Made by a program: the position numbers and the translations under genes. Below are positions 55,675 through 64,000 of a DNA stretch of 64,000 bases, piece after piece (position 1 is the stretch's first letter; each line of letters begins with the position of its first letter). Source of the stretch: an uncultured Acidobacteriota bacterium (GTDB lineage Bacteria > Acidobacteriota > Thermoanaerobaculia > Multivoradales > UBA5704); contig CAVYRF010000002.1 in assembly GCA_963770895.1 (NCBI GenBank), positions 864,001-928,000 on the forward strand, written 5' to 3'. Under the pieces are notes generated by a model. The model saw nothing but the letters and a program-made list of their open reading frames with translations, was not told where the DNA came from and did no database searches.

Positions 55675-58214
55675 GGCTGCCCCGCCGCCGCCGCACCGGG
55701 CGGCGGCCCCTTGACCAGCCCCAGCGCCTCGATGGCCGGCAGCACCAGGAAGGTGGCCGCCAGGCAGGCGGTGATGCCGGCGGAAACCAGGATGCCGGCG
55801 GCGGCCAGGCTGGGCACGCGCGAAGTGCACAGGCTGCCGAAGCCGACGGCGGTGGTGAAGGTGGCCATCAGCATCGCCAGGCCGACGTCCTCCACCGTGC
55901 CGGCCAGGCCGCGGTGCGGATGCAGCCGCCGCCAGTGCACGGCGTGGGCGCCCAGGTCGATGCCGGTGCCCAGCAGCAGCGGCACGGTGAAGATGGCCAG
56001 CAGGTCGAGCGGCCGGCCGCAGGCGCTCCAGATGCCGAACGTCCACAGGCACCCCAGGGTGAGCGGCAAGAAGGCCAGCAGCGCCGAGGCGACGCGGCCG
56101 CGAAACGACACCAGCACGACGATCGCCACCAGCGCCAGCGCCAGGCCGCTCGACCGCAGCAGATCGGCCAGCGCCAGCTGCTTGAGCTCGGCGCCCACCC
56201 GCGGCGCGGAGGCCAGCGCGGCGCCCGGCGCCACCCGCCCCAGCTCGGCCGCGAGCGTCGCGGGCACCCCGGCCCCCGGCGTCGCGCCCTGCGGCAGGCG
56301 CACGTGCACCGCCACCGCCGCCCCGCCCGGCGGCACGCCGTAGACGCCGGGTCCGCTGCGCACCAGCTCGCGCATCCAGCTCGGCCAGGCGTCCGGCGCC
56401 GGCGCCCCGCTGTCCTCGCCGCGCGCGAAGCCGCGCAGGGTGGCGAGCGCCGGCGCGAACGGCGCGGCGCTGAAGCCGGCGGCAAGCAGCTCGCGCTGCA
56501 GGTCGTCCGCGGCACGTCCCAGCGGCAGCGCCCGCAGCGCCGCCAGGCGCTCCGCGCGCCGCCGCCCCACCACCAGCCAGTCCGCCGGCGTGGTGATCTC
56601 CGCCCGCGGCCCCAGGCGCCGGCGCAGCAGCGCGGTCGCCGCCGCGGCGCGGTCCAGCGCCTGGTCCAGGTCGCGCCCCGTCACCACCACCGACAGGGTG
56701 TCCAGGCCCAAGCCGAAGCTGTTCACCAGCAGCTCCTCCGCCGCGGCCGACGGCGGATCGGCCGGCCGCAGCACGCGCAGGTCGGTGGACAGGCTGGCGC
56801 GCGACAGGCCCCAGGCGCCGAACGCCGACAGGCCCAGCGCCACCGCCACCACCACCCGCGGCCAGCGGGTTGCCAACCCCACCAGCGCGCGCAGCCCCGG
56901 CTGCCCCCAGCGGGCCCAGGCGCGCGGCCGCGCCGGCGGCCGCACCGCCGCGCCGGGGGCGCTCGCCGCCAGCGCGGCGCTCAGGGTGACGGTGGCGAGC
57001 AGCGTCGCCAGCACCCCCAAGGCCAGCACCAGGCCGATCTCGCGCAGCGGCCGGAAGTGGGCGGTTGCCAGCGCCCCCAGGCCGGCGGCGGTCGCCAGCG
57101 CCGCGGTCAGCACGCCGGGGCCGGTGGCGCGGTAGGCGCCCGCCAGCGCCTGCTCGACGCCGGCGCCGGCCAGACGCAGGTCGCGGTAATGGACGCCGCC
57201 GTGAATCCCGTAGTCGACCCCCATGCCGACCAGGGCGGCGGCGAAGCCGATGCCGACCACGGTCAGCAGCGGCATCGTCAATCCCACCGCGCCGGCCGCC
57301 CACAGCAGGCCGGCGAGGACCGCGACCAGGATGGCGGCCGGCAGCAGCAGCCCTTCGAAGCCGGCCAGCAGCACCAGCGCCACGCCGCCCACCGTCGACG
57401 TCGCGGTGCGCGTCAGGTCGCTGCGCAGGATCCCTTCGTCCTGCGCCGCGTACAGCGGTCCACCCACCGCCTTGAAGTCGAGCGGCACCGCCACCTTGGC
57501 GCGCACCCGCGCGTAGGCCTGGTCGAGGGCGGCCTGCAGGGCGCGGCCGCCGGCGGGGTCGATCTCGGCGCGCGCCGGCGTCAGGATCACCATCGCCACG
57601 TCGCCGCGGCGCGACAGGAAGGCGCCCGAAATGGGGTCCATCGGCACGGCGTTGGCCAGCTGGCCCAGCAACCCTTCGGACATGCCGAGCGGATCGCTGG
57701 CAAAGAGCTCCGCCAGGGCGCCGCCGCCGGGGCTGGCCAGCGTCTGGCGCATCAGCGCCACGCGCCGCTTGAGCGCCGCCGGGTCCAGGCGCGCGGCCAG
57801 GTCGCCGCTGCCCGCCGCGGCCAGCAGCGGCATGCGCGGCGCGATGTAGCGGTAGAAGAAGCGCTCGTCCTCGTCGGTGCGGCCGCTCCTGGCGTCCGCC
57901 ACCTCGCGGTTGGCGCGCATCTCGTCGGCCAGCGCCGCCGCGGCGTCCTCGAGCGGCCCCGGATCGTCCAGCGGCAAGCCCCGCGAGCGCACCAGCACGA
58001 AGACCTTTTCGAAGCCGCCGAAGGTGCGCAGGAACACCCGGTAGTCGTCGGCGGCCGGCGCCCCGCTGGGCAGCAGCGTCGCCAGATCGGCGTTGATGCG
58101 GATGCGCGCCGCCGGGGCCAGCGCCGCCAGGCAGGCCGCCAGGCAGACCGCCAGCACCGTGCGCGGCCGCCGCGCCACGAGCGACGCCAGCGCGGCGCCC
58201 GCGCCGCCGCTCAC
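55671..58214 (-). CDS. MMPL/RND family transporter
   Basis: Two TM bundles with GMGVDYGIH and GTGIDLG; GTG overlaps the fabG stop. Confidence 0.88.
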   Translation of the reverse strand: MSGGAGAALASLVARRPRTVLAVCLAACLAALAPAARIRINADLATLLPSGAPAADDYRVFLRTFGGFEKVFVLVRSRGLPLDDPGPLEDAAAALADEMRANREVADARSGRTDEDERFFYRYIAPRMPLLAAAGSGDLAARLDPAALKRRVALMRQTLASPGGGALAELFASDPLGMSEGLLGQLANAVPMDPISGAFLSRRGDVAMVILTPARAEIDPAGGRALQAALDQAYARVRAKVAVPLDFKAVGGPLYAAQDEGILRSDLTRTATSTVGGVALVLLAGFEGLLLPAAILVAVLAGLLWAAGAVGLTMPLLTVVGIGFAAALVGMGVDYGIHGGVHYRDLRLAGAGVEQALAGAYRATGPGVLTAALATAAGLGALATAHFRPLREIGLVLALGVLATLLATVTLSAALAASAPGAAVRPPARPRAWARWGQPGLRALVGLATRWPRVVVAVALGLSAFGAWGLSRASLSTDLRVLRPADPPSAAAEELLVNSFGLGLDTLSVVVTGRDLDQALDRAAAATALLRRRLGPRAEITTPADWLVVGRRRAERLAALRALPLGRAADDLQRELLAAGFSAAPFAPALATLRGFARGEDSGAPAPDAWPSWMRELVRSGPGVYGVPPGGAAVAVHVRLPQGATPGAGVPATLAAELGRVAPGAALASAPRVGAELKQLALADLLRSSGLALALVAIVVLVSFRGRVASALLAFLPLTLGCLWTFGIWSACGRPLDLLAIFTVPLLLGTGIDLGAHAVHWRRLHPHRGLAGTVEDVGLAMLMATFTTAVGFGSLCTSRVPSLAAAGILVSAGITACLAATFLVLPAIEALGLVKGPPPGAAAAGQP

Positions 58215-58948
58215 GCCGAGGCTCCGGCGTCCACCACCAGCGTCTGGCCGGTGATGGCGGCTGCCCGGTCCGACAGCAGGAACAGCACCGCCTGCGCCAC
58301 CGCGCCGGTCGAGGTGCCGCCGGCCAGCGACTCGCCGGCGCGCAGCGCGGTCACCGCGGCGGCCGGCACGCCGGCGGTCAGGTCGGTCGCCACAAAACCC
58401 GGCACCACGGCGTTGACGCGCACCTGGCGCTTGCCCACCTCCCGCGCCAGGGCGCGGGTCAGGCCCAGCATGCCGGCCTTGGCCGCGGCATAGGCGGCCT
58501 GCCCGGCGACGCCGTGCAGCGCCGACAGCGACGCCACGTTGACCACCGCACCGCGCCGGCGCACCAGCATGCCGCGCAGCACCGCGCGGCAGCAGCGGAA
58601 GGTGCCGCCCAGGTTGGCGTCCACCACGGCATCCCAATCTTCGTCGCTCATCATCGCCAGCAGCGCTTCGCGCCGCTCGCCGGCGTTGTTGACCAGCCCT
58701 TCGATCGGGCCCAGCGCCGCCTCCACCTCGGCCACCAGCTCGTCGGGCCGGTCGCGGTCGCGCAGGTCGAGCTGGAAGGCGCGGGCGTGGCCGCCGCTCG
58801 CCTGCTCGAGATGCTCCGCCGCCTGCCGCTGCGTGCGCCAGGTGAACGCCACCGCCGGCGCGGCGCCGGCGGGCGCCGCCGCCACCAGCGCTTCCACCAC
58901 CGCGCGGCCGATACCGCGGCTGCCGCCGGTTACCAGGATCGTGCCCAT
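58211..58948 (-). CDS. 3-oxoacyl-ACP reductase (FabG-like ketoreductase)
   Basis: VTGGSRGIG, NNAG, YAAAK, VNAVVPG. Confidence 0.92.
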   Translation of the reverse strand: MGTILVTGGSRGIGRAVVEALVAAAPAGAAPAVAFTWRTQRQAAEHLEQASGGHARAFQLDLRDRDRPDELVAEVEAALGPIEGLVNNAGERREALLAMMSDEDWDAVVDANLGGTFRCCRAVLRGMLVRRRGAVVNVASLSALHGVAGQAAYAAAKAGMLGLTRALAREVGKRQVRVNAVVPGFVATDLTAGVPAAAVTALRAGESLAGGTSTGAVAQAVLFLLSDRAAAITGQTLVVDAGASA

Positions 58949-59721
58949 CAGCGCACCTGCCAGCGGGCGCGCAGCACCGCGCCGGCGATCCGCAGGCTGT
59001 CCACCATCGGCCGGTAGTGGCTGGTGGTGCGCCCGTCGGCGAAACCGAGATGGATGGGTACCGAGGCGATACGGAACCCGCGCCGCGCCGCCCGCACCAC
59101 GACGGCGCTTTCGGCCTCGAAGCGCGCCTCGGAGAAGCCGACGGCAGCGATGAGCTCGCGCCGATACAGGCGGAAACCGGTCTGCACGTCGGACAGCCGC
59201 CGCCCGGCGGCAAAGGAGATCGCCGACGACGAGATGCGGTTGGCAGCCCGCCGCACGCTGCTCATGCCGGCAAACAGGTGATCGCGGATGCCCAGGACCA
59301 GGTCGGCTTCGCCGGCCAGCGCCAGCAGCTTGGGCACCTCTTCCGGCAGGTGCTGGCCGTCCGCGTCCAGGGTCACGACCGCGGTACAGCCGCGCCCGAA
59401 CAGGTCGTCGAAGGCGGCCGCCAGCGCCCTGCCCTTGCCCTGGTTGCACGGCAGCGAGATGACGCGCGCACCGGCCTGGCGCGCCGCATCGGCGGTGCCG
59501 TCGCTCGACCCGTCGTCGATCACCAGCACGTCGGGCAGCAGGCGCAGCATCCCCGCGACCACCGCCCCCACCGAAGGCGCGGCCTGGTACGCCGGGATCA
59601 CTGCGGCGATGCGCTCTGGCAGCGGACCGTCCATGGCAGGCGAGGGAGTCGCAACTCGAGGCATCATCGTATCGGCTTCGGCGGGCCCGCGGCCAGCGTC
59701 GCTGCGGCGATCGTCGCTCAC
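58948..59721 (-). CDS. Glycosyltransferase family 2
   Basis: VIPAY, IDDGSSDGT, GKG, DADGQH, DVQTGFR. Confidence 0.92.
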   Translation of the reverse strand: MSDDRRSDAGRGPAEADTMMPRVATPSPAMDGPLPERIAAVIPAYQAAPSVGAVVAGMLRLLPDVLVIDDGSSDGTADAARQAGARVISLPCNQGKGRALAAAFDDLFGRGCTAVVTLDADGQHLPEEVPKLLALAGEADLVLGIRDHLFAGMSSVRRAANRISSSAISFAAGRRLSDVQTGFRLYRRELIAAVGFSEARFEAESAVVVRAARRGFRIASVPIHLGFADGRTTSHYRPMVDSLRIAGAVLRARWQVR

Positions 59722-60923
59722 GGCCGCCCCAACACCAGCCAGGCGGCGGCACCGCCGACCGCCAGGCTGGTGGCAAGCAGCGCCGCCGGCGGCGGCAGCG
59801 CCCCGCCGGCGTGAGGCGCCACGCCGAGCTCGGGATCGACCTCGAAACCGCCGGCGGCAGGCGCCACGGGAGCGCCGCCCGCCGCCGCCACCACCGCGGC
59901 CAAAAATCCGCCGCCGTATTCGCCGGTGACCGCCTTGGGCGCCAGCGTCGGCGGCACCGCGCCGCCGTCCCACAGGGCGCGCAGCATCCGCGCCTCCAAC
60001 AGGTCGCCGCCGCGCGAGCCCGAGGCGCCGCTGGCGACGCGGTCGACGGCCACCGGCACCCGCGCCAGCAGGCGGCGCACCGCACGCACCAGGCCGCCGG
60101 CGCCGCTGCCCCACCCCACCGCGCCTGCCGACGGGTCGAAGGCGCTGCCCCAGGCCAGGACCCGCGCCAGCGGTGCCTGGCCGCGCCGCGCCGCCGCCTC
60201 TTCGCTCTCCACCACCAGCACCGTGGCGCCATCGGCGGCCACGATGCCGCACCGGCGGCGATCGAACGGACGGCCGGTTTCGGCCGGGTGGGCCAGGGCG
60301 CCGTAGCGGTCGAGCAGGGCGTGCACCAGCGGCGAGATCTCGTCCACGGTGCCCACCAGGGCGCGGTCGGCGCGTCCCCCGGCGACCTCGGCGGCGCCGC
60401 GCGCCAGCGCCAGCAGCGCGCCGGCCTCGCGCTGGCACAGCGTGATGCTGGCGCCCTGGGCGTGGCAGGCCAGGGCGATCTGCGCCGCCGGGGCGTTGGC
60501 GACGCTCTCGGTGAACAGGTAAGGCGACGCGGCATCCGGCCCCTCCAGCAGGATCTGGCGCAGCAACGCTTCCGAAAAGGAGCTGGGCCCGAAGGCGGTG
60601 GCCATCACCACCGCGGTGCGCGGGCCGGCCAGGTCCGCCGCCGCCAGGCCGGCGCCCGCGATCGCCATGCGCATCGCCGCGACCGCCATGCGCGACGGCG
60701 GGCTCATCCGCCGCGCCTCGATCGGCGGCACCCAGGGGTGCAGCGACGCGAGCGGCGTGAGCAGCGCCCGGTGCGCCCCGGCACGGCGGTGGTAGCCGGC
60801 GGCGCGGTCGACCTCGACGGTGGCCGGCGCCGCCCCGGACGCCAGCGCCGCGGCCAGCGCCGCGGCGCCGCAGCCGTAGGCGCCGGCGGTGCCCAGCCCC
60901 GAGACGACGACCGGGCGGGTCAA
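59718..60923 (-). CDS. Ketosynthase-like chain-length factor (no catalytic Cys)
   Basis: RRMS, SPYLFTESVANA, QREAG at the active-site position, RPFD; TTG overlaps the KS stop. Confidence 0.82.
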   Translation of the reverse strand: MTRPVVVSGLGTAGAYGCGAAALAAALASGAAPATVEVDRAAGYHRRAGAHRALLTPLASLHPWVPPIEARRMSPPSRMAVAAMRMAIAGAGLAAADLAGPRTAVVMATAFGPSSFSEALLRQILLEGPDAASPYLFTESVANAPAAQIALACHAQGASITLCQREAGALLALARGAAEVAGGRADRALVGTVDEISPLVHALLDRYGALAHPAETGRPFDRRRCGIVAADGATVLVVESEEAAARRGQAPLARVLAWGSAFDPSAGAVGWGSGAGGLVRAVRRLLARVPVAVDRVASGASGSRGGDLLEARMLRALWDGGAVPPTLAPKAVTGEYGGGFLAAVVAAAGGAPVAPAAGGFEVDPELGVAPHAGGALPPPAALLATSLAVGGAAAWLVLGRP

Positions 60924-62239
60924 GCGGCGGCGCCTGCCCAGCGCGCGAAGACCAGCGCCGCGTTGGAGCCGCCGAAGGCCAGGCTGGTGGAGAGCGCCGC
61001 GCGCGCCGCCACCAGCCGCAGCGGCTTGCCGATCACCAGCGCCACCGGGCAGGCGTCGTCGAGCGGCGCCGCCGCCGGCGGCACCGGGTGCAGCTCGCCG
61101 TGCAGCAGCGACAGCACGGTGATCACCGCTTCGATCGCCCCCGAGGCGCCGAGCAGGTGGCCGATCCCGGCCTTGGAGGCGCACACCGGCAGGCTCCCGG
61201 CGCGCTCGCCGAAGACGCGCGCCAGCGCCCGCCATTCCGCGGTGTCGTTGAGCGTCGTGCCGGTGGCGTGGGCGTTCACGAAATCGATGTCGCCGGGGCC
61301 CAGCCCGGCGTCGGCAAGCGCCGCCGCGATCGCCAGCGCCGCGCCCGTCCCCTCGGGGTCCGGCGCGGTCATGTGGTAGGCGTCGCAGGCGGCGCCGGCG
61401 CCGGCAACCAGGGCCAGCGGCACGCAGCCTCGCGCCAGCGCGCGTTCGAGCGGCTCCAGGACCAGCACCGCCGCGCCTTCGCCGAACGACATGCCGCCGC
61501 GCCCGGCGCGAAACGGCCGGCAGGCATCCTCGTCGATCGCGCGCAGCGAGTTGAAGCCGGCATAGGTCAGCTGGCACAGCGAGTCGGCGCCGCCGGTGAG
61601 CGCCAGGTCGACCTCGCCCGAGCGCACCGCCTCCAGGGCCGCGCCGATCGCCAAGCCGCCCGAGGCGCAGGCCGACGAGACCGTCTGCACAGGGCCTGTC
61701 ACCTGGAAGTGACGCGCCACGGCGTCCCCCGGCCCGCTCACCTGCTGCGAAGCCAGCGCATGGAGCGAATCGAGGCGCCGCCCGGCGCGCGGGCCGAGCA
61801 GGCCGGCAAGAAAATCCTCGCTCTCCCACATGCCGCCGGTGCTGCTGGCAAAAAACACCCCGCAGGTCGCCTCCGCGTCGTGCGCCAGGGGACCCGCGCC
61901 CAGGCCGGCCTGCGCCAGCGCCTCGGCGGCAGCGGCCAGCGCGAAGCGGTCCGTCACGGAGAGCTCGCGGGCGTCGCGCGCCGCCGCGTCCGCGGCCTGC
62001 CGCCGCCGGGGCGGCGACGGGGGGGCCAGGCCGGGCAGCGCCGGCACCTCCGCGGCGAGGTGCGTGCGATGGGCAGCGGAATCGAAGCGGGACAGCGGAC
62101 GGATCGCGGTCGAGCCGGCGCGCAGCCCCTCCCAGAGGACCTTGGCGCCCAGGCCGAAGCCGCTGACCGCGCCCACCCCGGTGACCGCGACGCGACGGCC
62201 GCCAGCCTGCGCGGCGGAGGCAGGCCTGGCGGTGGACAT
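60920..62239 (-). CDS. Beta-ketoacyl-ACP synthase (KS, FabF-like)
   Basis: SSACASG (Cys), NAHATGT, SKAGIGHLLGASG, AFGG. Confidence 0.94.
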   Translation of the reverse strand: MSTARPASAAQAGGRRVAVTGVGAVSGFGLGAKVLWEGLRAGSTAIRPLSRFDSAAHRTHLAAEVPALPGLAPPSPPRRRQAADAAARDARELSVTDRFALAAAAEALAQAGLGAGPLAHDAEATCGVFFASSTGGMWESEDFLAGLLGPRAGRRLDSLHALASQQVSGPGDAVARHFQVTGPVQTVSSACASGGLAIGAALEAVRSGEVDLALTGGADSLCQLTYAGFNSLRAIDEDACRPFRAGRGGMSFGEGAAVLVLEPLERALARGCVPLALVAGAGAACDAYHMTAPDPEGTGAALAIAAALADAGLGPGDIDFVNAHATGTTLNDTAEWRALARVFGERAGSLPVCASKAGIGHLLGASGAIEAVITVLSLLHGELHPVPPAAAPLDDACPVALVIGKPLRLVAARAALSTSLAFGGSNAALVFARWAGAAA

Positions 62240-62246
62240 GGCGAGC

Positions 62247-62594
62247 TCAGATCCGGCCGGCGATGAAGCGCGCCAGACTGGCCACGCAGGTGAACACCTC
62301 GCGCCCGATCTCGTTGCTCTTGATCTTGATGCCGTACTCTTTTTCGATCGCGACGACCAGCTCCAGCGCGTCCACCGAATCGAGCCCGAGGCCGTCGCCG
62401 AACAGCGGCGCCTCGTCGTCGATCATCGCCGGCGTCAGACCGTCCAGATGGAGGTTCTCGACGATCAGCTGTTTGACCCGGCCGGTGATCGCGGCCAGGT
62501 CCTGCTCCGGCGCTGCTGCCATCGCGGCCGGCTCGCCGGCGGGCGCTGCCGGCTGCGGTGTAGGCGGTACGAATTCGGGCTCAAGAGTGCTCAT
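62247..62594 (-). CDS. Acyl carrier protein
   Basis: PLFGDGLGLDSVDALEL phosphopantetheine site, ApeE-like. Confidence 0.93.
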   Translation of the reverse strand: MSTLEPEFVPPTPQPAAPAGEPAAMAAAPEQDLAAITGRVKQLIVENLHLDGLTPAMIDDEAPLFGDGLGLDSVDALELVVAIEKEYGIKIKSNEIGREVFTCVASLARFIAGRI

Positions 62595-62690
62595 GCGGGG
62601 GTCTCGTCAGGGGAGAGGGTGCGGACATTCGCATTGGCGCTTGTATCGGCGTCATCAGGATCGCGCATACGGCTCGACCTACCGACCTCA

Positions 62691-62706
62691 TGCACTCTTT
62701 GTGCCG
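62691..62706 (-). promoter_or_regulatory. Putative sigma54 promoter for the ACP-KS operon
   Basis: CGGCACAAAGAGTGCA (GG-N10-GC), ~100 nt upstream of the ACP ATG. Confidence 0.5.
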
Positions 62707-62870
62707 GATTCGCCTGCCCGCGGTACGAGAGGTCATGCTACCGTGACCGTCCGGTGCTGGCAACCCGCCCGGATGCAGTCCGGCCAGGCGGCGCGCCCAC
62801 CACCCGGACGTGCGGGCGCGGCGATGCATGCCGATGCTAGGATGAGCCACACAACAGGAGACGACGGACC

Positions 62871-64000
62871 TTGATCCAGGCCCCAACGCCTACCGCACGG
62901 GGGCGGGAGACGCCGCCTCGCGCGCGCGCCCGCCGGCGGTCGCAGGACCCGTTGCTCGGCGCCTTCGAGCGCCTGTGCAAGCGTGGGCCGCTCGCGCCCC
63001 TGGTGGTGTCGCTGGCGCGGCGGGCGACGGTCGGCGACGTCGACAGCCAGGCGCTCGCGGCGCGGCGCGCCCTGGCCGCGGCGCTCGCCCTGCCGCCCGG
63101 GGCGCTGGTGGCGGTGGCCGCCGCCAACGGTCCCGGCCTGCTCGCGGCGCTCATCGCGCTGCGCCGCGCCGACGCCGCCGCCCTGCTGCTCGACGGCCAG
63201 ACGCCGGCCGCGGAAGCGCTGCGGGTGGCGAGGGCGCTGGGCGCCAGGGCCCTGTTGCGATGCCGCGGCGTCTGGCCCGCGGCGATGGCCGACTGGGACG
63301 TCACCCTGCTGCAGGGCGGCCAGGACGGCACCGGCAGCCCCTGGCAGGGCGCCGCCGCCGTCGAGCCGCTGGAGCTGCCCGGTATCGCGGTGGTCAAGCT
63401 GACGTCGGGCTCGACCGGCGCGCCGCGCGGCATCGCCACCCCCAGCGACGCCCTGCTGGCGGACGACGCGGCGCTCGTCCGCGCCATGGGCCTGCGCGCC
63501 GACGACCGCCTGGTGGCGGCGATCCCCATGGCCCACTCCTACGGCCTGTCCAGCCTGGCCCTGCCGGCGCTGGCGCGCGGCGCGCCGCTCATCCTGCCCG
63601 AGGACGGCGACCTGTGCGGCCCCTTCGCCGCCGCCGCCCAGCTGGGCGCCACCGTGCTGCCCACCGTGCCAGCCTGGCTCGACGCGCTGTTGCGGCTTTC
63701 CCAGGCGCCGGCGCGGCCTGCCGCCCTGCGGTTGGTGCTCGCCGCCGGCGCGCCGCTCGGCGGCCACACCGCGGCGGCGTTCCGCGAGGTCTTCGGGCTG
63801 CCGGTCCACGTCTTCTACGGCGCCAGCGAGTGCGGCGGCATCTGCTACGACCGCGAAGGCGGGGCCGCCGAGCGCGGCACGGTCGGCACCCCGGTCGATG
63901 GGGTGACGATTCAGCTGGCGCCGGTGCCCGGCGGCGCCGATGCCGATGGCGCCGAAGACGGTGACGGCGACGGCCGCGGCATCGTCTGCGTGCGCTCGCC
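62871..64000 (+). CDS. AMP-dependent acyl-CoA/acyl-ACP ligase (partial, runs off the window)
   Basis: RBS aggag + TTG; KLTSGSTGAPRG, IPMAHSYG, AGAP, FYGASECG; missing from the ORF track because it has no stop in the window. Confidence 0.88.
   Translation, partial: MIQAPTPTARGRETPPRARARRRSQDPLLGAFERLCKRGPLAPLVVSLARRATVGDVDSQALAARRALAAALALPPGALVAVAAANGPGLLAALIALRRADAAALLLDGQTPAAEALRVARALGARALLRCRGVWPAAMADWDVTLLQGGQDGTGSPWQGAAAVEPLELPGIAVVKLTSGSTGAPRGIATPSDALLADDAALVRAMGLRADDRLVAAIPMAHSYGLSSLALPALARGAPLILPEDGDLCGPFAAAAQLGATVLPTVPAWLDALLRLSQAPARPAALRLVLAAGAPLGGHTAAAFREVFGLPVHVFYGASECGGICYDREGGAAERGTVGTPVDGVTIQLAPVPGGADADGAEDGDGDGRGIVCVRS

Overview
High-GC bacterial chromosome segment. Gene content and order (mqnA-rho-engB-lon-clpX-clpP-tig, a TPR-like protein with an N-terminal Zn-finger-like motif, a KLxLxKE-leader peptide) suggest an Acidobacterium, probably Thermoanaerobaculia-like (inference). 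The window holds housekeeping blocks (proteostasis operon plus tRNA-Leu and tRNA-Lys; rplU-rpmA-obgE-nadD-rsfS; carB) and a crotonase/thiolase/kynureninase-like catabolic block. It also has signalling genes, several MITE/REP-like palindromic elements and the left part of an aryl-polyene/xanthomonadin-like type II PKS cluster with a flavin halogenase-like gene. The best candidate for an undescribed system is a lower-GC two-gene cassette (48925-52015). In it a DUF262/ParB-like (GmrS-type) protein is translationally coupled to an intact HipA kinase with no HipB, and the pair is bracketed by 37-bp imperfect inverted repeats. Other highlights are an unannotated orphan RiPP precursor (24941-25102), a secreted protein with two Cys-rich repeats, a candidate structured sRNA at ~34140-34320, and a repeat family whose two copies show compensatory stem changes. 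All calls come from reading motifs by eye; no database searches were run.
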